DNA of 64,000 nucleotides from Octopus vulgaris (taxonomy: Eukaryota). Each line of letters opens with the position of its first letter. Position 1 is the stretch's first letter. The position numbers and the translations under genes were made by a program. The stretch spans positions 12,090,001 through 12,154,000 of the forward strand of contig OX597838.1 of assembly GCA_951406725.2 (NCBI GenBank). The letters are read 5' to 3'. Below, piece by piece: positions 56,545 through 64,000 of the stretch. The notes beneath the pieces were generated by a model that was given only the letters and a program-made list of their open reading frames with translations, had not been told where the DNA came from and searched no databases.

Positions 56545-56786
56545 CGGGCGTTGTGAGTGTTTATCGAGCGAAAACACCTAAAGCTCCACGAGGCTCCAGC
56601 AGGGGTGGTGGTGCCGATCCCTGCTGTACTCTTCCGTCACAACTTTCTGTCACTCTTTCTTCTGTTGGCCTGCTCGCTTAGCCAGCAGGGTGGCGTCATT
56701 TGAAGGCTAAAACAATATGAAGTGCATTGTGACCAGCGATGTGTAGCAACATCTGAGAGCCTGGTCAGTCACAGTGATCACGGTGA
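56545..56786 (+). mobile_element. 5'-truncated SINE with the body of the 19257 family but a different tail
   Basis: Matches 19328-19445, then diverges into GGCCTGCTCGCTTAGCCAGCAGGGTGGCGTC...CACAGTGATCACGGTGATA. Confidence 0.82.
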
Positions 56787-56987
56787 TATATATATATATA
56801 TATATATATTATTTAGTAATACCGCTTTACGATCTGTATTTAAACCTCATAAGGATTTTATGTTCCGTGTTCAAATTCCAAAGGGTCTGTTTTCCTTGTT
56901 TATTCCTTGAAGTAGAGCCATCAAGCTAAATATTAAGCAAACCTTCATACTTACCTATCTATCTAAGATACATAGATGTATGTGTGA

Positions 56988-57830
56988 GTGTGTCGATACC
57001 AACTTAAACATCTGGAACGTTTCCATCAGATGTGCCTCAGACGGATCTATAGCATTAAGTGGAAGGACCGCATCAGTGATCTTGAAATACTCGAAGGCTC
57101 TCGGTGTGTAAGTATAGAAGCTCTTGTGTTAAATCAAAGGCTCAGATGGAGTGGTCATCTGGTCAGAATGAAGGATTCAAGGATGCCAAAACAACTCTTT
57201 TATGGAGAGTTAGCTAAAGGAGAACGACCTCCACATAAACCAAAAAAGAGGTATAAGGACTTGCTGAAGGCTTCCTTAAGAGATGCTTGCATCTCTCCTG
57301 ACACATGGGAAGGCATAGCTATTGATCGTAGCAGGTGGAGAAAGATTGTGCATGAGGGGACAGTCACGTTTGAGAAATCTCGAGTTGCACATGAGAAAGT
57401 AAGGAGGGATGTCAGGAATGGCATTGCTGTTACACTTCCAGAAAGGAATGATCTTCCTTTGATTCTGACATGCAATGTCTGTGCAAGACCCTGCCTCAGT
57501 AAAGCTGGACTAATGAGTCATCTTCGTAGTCATAAAACGAGACAGATGAGTGACAACCTGGCCACTGGTGGTGGTGTAACACACCATACTAATAATATCT
57601 GTCGGGCATGTGGAAGAGAGTGTAATTCGGCAGGAGGACTAAAACGACATGCAAAGGTACATGAAACCCAGTTACAACTACAGCCGGCTATTACCAGTAA
57701 AGGTCTTAGTTGCCAATTTTGTACAAGACATTGTAGATATTTAGTTGGGCTAAAAAGTCACATTCGATCACAGCACCAGTAACAGTTAAGCTTCGTGCAA
57801 TGGCCAAACTCGATAACGAGGGGGCAGCTA
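56988..57830 (+). mobile_element. 5'-truncated RTE-clade (BovB-like) LINE: open 264-codon C-terminal frame with three C2H2-like fingers, plus short 3' UTR
   Basis: LERFHQMCLRRI..IKWKDRIS..EIL...RLRWSGHLVRM.DSRMPKQLFYGEL..G.R....PKKRYKD...DRSRWR; CNVC..HLRSH, CRAC..HAKVH, CQFC..HIRSQH. Confidence 0.93.
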
Positions 57831-57850
57831 TAATGTATGTATATATGTAT

Positions 57851-57886
<36 letters not shown>

Positions 57887-58489
57887 ACTAAGTGTACCAG
57901 TTACAAGTACTATTTTCAACTCCCAACCACATAATCTCTTTATTCCCATTTTGGGATCGTTGTAGTTTTGTTAAATCTCCATTTACCTTCCGAGAGATCA
58001 CTTTTTGAGCAGTGAAGTTCAAGATATTTGTTTATAGGAGCTCACGATTGGGTTTTCAGATAAATTCCACCCTTTTTATTTACCCATTTTATTTCAATCC
58101 TTTCCTATATTATTTGAATTGGCACGAAAAATATTTTTCTCGCAGTTTTTGGTTTTTTTTTTTTTTTACCATTTCTGAAATTCGAATAAATTTTACCTCT
58201 TTTCAGTTATATGACGATGGAGTGAGAAGCAAAAAAAGATATATAAAAATATAAAACGAACGAATTTCTGTGAACTCAATACATTTATCCATCTGTGAAT
58301 ATGCTATCTAATCAGAACCTCCTTCTCAATACGATAATACACGTCACCACACCATGTCATCCATCCATTATCTCATACCTACAAAGTTACATCGCAACTT
58401 CTCTATTATTATCCAATAGTCCCGCCATTTTACCCAGTTAACATTGCTATGTACCAGCTGTCTTCGAAGGTATAGCTTCTTTTGGTTTT

Positions 58490-58636
58490 TTATTTGTTTG
58501 TCATTGAACTGCAGCCGTTCTGGGTGCCACCTTTAAGGGCTTAGTCAGTTTGTTCGACCCCCAGTACTTAATTTCAAGTGTGGTACTTATTCTATCGGTT
58601 CTTTTGACGAACTGTTAAGTTACAAGGTTGTAAGGA
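58490..58636 (-). mobile_element. Old partial CORE-type SINE
   Basis: GTCATTGAACTGCAGCC...TCGACCCCCAGTACTT...GTACTTATTCTATCGGT. Confidence 0.7.
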
Positions 58637-58766
58637 AACCAACACAGGTTGTCTAGCAGTCTGATTTGTATATCCAGGACGACATTATCCGGTGATTTAT
58701 TCCTGTTTTAAGATGCCTGAAGGAAATTTGAAGGGATTTAGCTGTTATTATTAGCCGGTTGAGTTA

Positions 58767-58988
58767 GACGGTGAGCGGACAGAATCGTTAGCGCGTCGGA
58801 CAAAGAAACCTAGCGGGATTTCGTCCATCTTTGCGGTATGAGTTCAAACTCCACTGAGGTTGACTGTACCTTTCATCCTTTTCGGGGTCTTTGAAATAGG
58901 AATCAGTTGAGCACTGGGGTCAATGTAATCGACTAGACCCCCTCCCCTAAAATTTCAGGTCCTGTGCCTATAGTAGAAAGGGTTATTA
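58767..58988 (+). mobile_element. Diverged Nin/Deu SINE monomer
   Basis: CAGAATCGTTAGC...GAGTTCAAACTCC..GAGGTTGACT..CCTTTCATCCTTTTCGGGGTC. Confidence 0.85.
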
Positions 58989-59108
58989 TGTGGTCGATTG
59001 ACTATGTGAAGAACTACTTTGCCCGATAAGTTATTCCTGTTTCAAGACTGTCGGGTGTTGATTGAGGGAATTTAGCTGCTATTTTTACCAGCTCCTGTTA
59101 TTATGTAC

Positions 59109-59523
59109 TCTCTTTACTCATTTACTCTTTTACTCTTTTACATGTTTCAGTCATTTGACTGCGGCCATGCTGGAGCACCATCTTTAGTCGAGCAAATCGA
59201 CCCCGGGACTTATTCTTTGTAAGCCCAGTACTTATTCTATCGGTCTCTTTTGCCGAACCGCTAAGTGACGGGGACATAAACACACCAGCATCGGTTGTCA
59301 AGCAATGCTAAGGGGACAAACACAGACACACACACACATATATATATATATACATATATACGACAGGCTTCTTTCAGTTTCCGTTTACCAAATCTACTCA
59401 CAAGGCATTGGTCGGCCCGGGGCTATAGCAGAAGACACTTGCCCAAGATGCCACACAGTGGGACTGAACCCAGAACCATGTGGTTGGGAAACAAGCTACT
59501 TACCACACAGCCACTCCTGCGCC
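59109..59523 (-). mobile_element. Full-length CORE-type SINE, candidate TSD TATGTAC
   Basis: Reverse complement of the 34190 family. TATGTAC at 59102-59108 and 59524-59530. Confidence 0.92.
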
Positions 59524-60639
59524 TATGTACAATACTTCTCGTTACTTTGTCCTCCCAGCGTTGTTTATTATCCCTCATTAATATTCTTTCTCGTCCTCAT
59601 TATCTCCCCCACCCCCACCTCCTCAGTTATCCATCCTCCCCTAATGATCCTCTCCTCCCTTATTGGCTTCCCTGCCATACACACCCCCTTTATTTCCTCC
59701 CCTTATTGGCTGTTCCAACTCATCTATTTTCTCTTTCGGATCATCATCCCCCCTCACCTCGTATTCCGTAACCTCCACCAGCGCTGTTCCACTCTTCATT
59801 GCACCTCCCTCGTGAGTGTCTCCTTATTCTATTTGCTTCGTTAACCCAAACAGCTGACATTATATTCTTATTATTTATTAATTTTTTCATCTCTCTTTTT
59901 TTTTCCGGTGACGTGGCTTCGTCCTTGCACACAACTACAATCGCATCCTCATCATTTAAACCATCCTTGTCTCTTGTATTATCTCACTTCCTCTCCATTC
60001 TTGCAGGACATTGACCAGCGAGAAACTGGTCTCTGTTTCTCTCTCTCTTGGTTTCTCACCCTCTCTCTATCCCCCAATCTCTCCCCCCCTCTCCTTCCCA
60101 ATCGCTTTTATTTTAGTTTTCATTTTTGGAATTCCGTTTTCATTCTTCCTTTTATCCTTCATTGTTTGTTTGTTTGTAACTTAGTTTACTTTTTCTATTG
60201 TTCTTCTTCTTTCTCTAAATACTCTTCTTCTCGATGTCATTAGTCTTTAGTTTCCATTGTACTGATTCTTTGAACTTAGAGACGAAGAAAAAAAAGACTT
60301 TATTCAGTTATTTATTTATTCGATCCTGCTTCTGTGCTAATGGATGCCTCTAAACATTTAGCTAAACGTAATTGTGGTGATATTGTAAATATTTTGTACG
60401 CTGAATGTGTGCAGTGTATGTGTATGTGTGTGTGTATGTATGTATGTATATATGTATATATTTATATATATATATATATTAACAAAATAATAAATAAAAC
60501 ATATGCATATATACATACATATATGTACGTACCTACATCTATATGTATATATACATGCATATAATATGGGTACAGGACACCCAAAAAAGACGTCGAACAC
60601 AATGAGAAACGAAAACATAAACACAAAACCAAGGAAATT

Positions 60640-60714
<75 letters not shown>

Positions 60715-61979
60715 TACGTTCAGCCGTCGACATTCCAACGATAGTCATGTCGTCTGCTTTATGTATGTACAACATACAACAGACGATAATTAAACCGTAG
60801 ATATCTCGTCTCATCGACTGCATCGACTCCAGTACTTGATAAAAGATGCCTCTGCCGAAGAGAAATATCCAAACTTTTCCTCGCTCTGAATCATAGTCAA
60901 ATGAAAGACAGGAAGGAGAAAACTGTTATGGCGGTTTTCGGTTATTCTACCTTATGCTTTCTCTTAGGTTATATTATTTATTTGGGCTTTTCTCTGAGTA
61001 AGGGAGAATATAATGATTCAACGTCACTTATACTCAAGTGTTATCATTATACTTAAAACCCTACTTCAGTTATAACGTCATAGAGACATATACGCATGAA
61101 ACGCTATATTAATGACATGTATGTTGAATATTTTAATCGTGTTCTTTAAACCGCTATAAGAAACATAAGTTAAGGATTACAGAAATGCATACTTATTTAT
61201 GCTCAGTTGAAAAACAAACGTGAAGAGAAACATTTTCTTTTTAATTATTTTTTATTATATAAATATAACATTTTATATTATTTACAGTAAGAAAGATAAC
61301 TTTGTCGTGAAGAAGAACGACTATAAATTCCTTAACTAATTTCTTCTTTCTATCTAATACATTAACCAACAAATCAAAATAGATTTGTGATTAACTTAGA
61401 CATGGCATAAAAATTACCGATGTCTCCAAAAGAGTAAGTGATGTGGAGTTATGTGACAACCAACGAACACTGATATATTTTCCAAAATCCAGGGTTTTTA
61501 TAACTGCTCAACTTGACTTAAAAAGAATCGAAATCCATGACAGATATTCTTTACGAAACTTCTAGAATCTTTATATGAGCAGTTATATTAACCAATGGAA
61601 AAAAACGAAAATGATAATTCTTCGGCAAAGACATTACGTCATATTTCCAATTCGCACCACATTTCAAAATGGCTAAAATGGTTATTGCTACAGTCATGGC
61701 TCCAGTATATAAAAAAAGAAAAAATATGTGGACGGAACAACAAAAAAAAAATGTCATTCACCAACACCGAAAAAAGACTAAGAACAAAAACAAAACATAA
61801 AAACAAGCAGCGTCACCACTGCCACAGCCAAACCTGTTACATTGCCCACAACATAATAACACACAAAATCAACAATATTAGTTCCAAAATACACGATAAT
61901 AACAACAGGTAAAAATACATAAATATCGAATTCGTCAAAATTACCGTTATAATCAAAAGTAACAGTCTCTGGTTGGCCA

Positions 61980-62460
61980 GACTGGAGCACCTGCACTTCT
62001 ACTTCCTGTATGGTCTATTGCCAACGCCCCCTGAAAGGCGGGGTCGGCATACCGAACTTGTTGATGTCTAAACGCGCTGACACTGTATCGCCTACCAATT
62101 TTCAGAGAGTGAACAGGTGTATTCTCCGTTAGGATGTTTTCCTCAGTTCGTCTCTTTGACAAAGCTGCAGTCTTGAAACAAGGGGAAAACCAAGACTAGG
62201 TACCTAAAATGTCGTCGGCGCTCACCACCCTCTACGATCATACGAGCGGTGCAAGTTCTACATTATGTAGAAAGTTAGTAGCGGAAAAAAGCGACGATGT
62301 TCTCAACCTCGAGGCCTCAACGAAAATCAACTGGCTTGTCAGTTCCGGCGGACTTTTGAGAAGTCAAAAGTTACCCGTGTTAAAAGCGTGTTCTCTTGTA
62401 GTTTGGAGGTTTGATTTTGGTCGCTCCAGTTTGTCTTTCTTGAGTTACTTGTACTTCTAG
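61980..62460 (-). other. Possible decayed 5' region / ORF1 start of a Tx1/L1-type LINE
   Basis: GC-richer island. Broken peptides EENILTENT..SLK / LDI...RGRW only weakly recall such ORF1 N-termini. Confidence 0.25.
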
Positions 62461-62519
62461 GATCCATGAGTTAGGAAAACTATCAAAAGATTTTTGATAA
62501 TCGATCCAAGCCTTCTCCC

Positions 62520-62989
62520 TTCTTCCTTCTGCAACTGTCTTCAATTATGGCTTTATTAATCAATAGCTGATCTCGACAGCCGTATGAGCCCTTGCAGCAT
62601 CCCTTCTGGCCTTCTGGAAATAGGTTGTTTTCCCATTCTCTGTGATATTATTGCAGTAAAGGCTTTGTAAATTGTCGGAAGACAAGTTATCGGTCTGTAA
62701 TTTTGTGGGTTTGCCGTTTCAGTGGATTTGGGAATTAGGGTAGTTTTCCATTCCGTGAGCCATTCAGGCATTGTCACTGGCTCTGCCAGTACTTCATTAA
62801 ATTTTCAGCCAGCTGTCTATGTGTTCCTGTTAGATATTTTAACCAGAAGTTAGGGATCTTGTTGTGTCACGGTGCCTTCCAGTAGCTTATTTTTTTTTCA
62901 ATATCTGAATGACCCCTTCAGTTGATATAGGAGTCCAGATTTGTTCGGGTGCTGTGTTTGTTGTTTTGATAGATCTTTTCTGAGGTTAT

Positions 62990-62990
<1 letters not shown>
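62520..62990 (-). mobile_element. R4/Dong LINE RT N-terminal fragment next to (TAA)n
   Basis: KIPNFWLKYL...MPEWLTEWKTTLIPK....NPQNYRPITCLPTIYKAFT / QKGCCKGSYGCRDQLLINKAIIED. Confidence 0.92.
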
Positions 62991-63575
<585 letters not shown>

Positions 63576-63944
63576 TGTGTTTATAATCATCATCATCCTC
63601 TAACTTGTCGTGGACATCATCGTCACCATCATCCTCATCATTTACAAACTCGTAACCTACTCCTCTACTCCACACCCTTCCTCAACTACCTCTTCCTTCT
63701 GCAATCCAACATCCACACCTCCTTGCCTCCTAAGCACCTCTGTAATACCATCGAACTGCCCTTCCCTCCCCCCTCCTCTTATCATCTTCCCCACTCATCG
63801 TCGTTGTCTCATTTACCATTTGTTTACATCAACATCATGGCGTCAATGATACTTCGACTCAGGTGTCATTTTGTATGCAACAGGACTCCAGCTGTCCCAT
63901 TGCATACACGTATTAGTAGCAGCAGCAGCAGCAGCTGCAGCAGC

Positions 63945-64000
<56 letters not shown>

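Noticed and set aside
61551-61996. Hydrophobic minus-strand ORFs resembling transmembrane segments
   Set aside because: Hydrophobicity comes from T/G-rich low-complexity composition, with no family motif.

Overview
Eukaryotic, AT-rich, microsatellite-saturated non-genic DNA. The SINE families, the R4/Dong, Tx1/L1 and RTE LINE remnants and the extreme (AT)n/(GATA)n/(TAA)n load fit an octopus (coleoid cephalopod) intron or intergenic region; that taxon call is an inference from recalled repeat families. I find no supportable host protein-coding gene, tRNA, rRNA or CRISPR array, and nearly all ORFs in the track are translated microsatellites. Real coding signal is limited to transposon relics: two Tc1/mariner-superfamily transposases, R4/Dong, Tx1/L1 and RTE LINE fragments, and a Penelope-like GIY-YIG endonuclease fragment. 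The most interesting signal is a set of short (~200-450 bp), non-coding elements, mostly embedded in (TA)n. They carry minimal type-I hammerhead-ribozyme-like motifs with several different core variants (canonical CUGACGA, CUGUNGA, CCGACGA and the covariant UUGAAAA) and repeatedly form fold-back (inverted-end) structures. These look like a multi-family system of non-autonomous Penelope-like, retrozyme-like elements. All folds were read by eye and none was computed.
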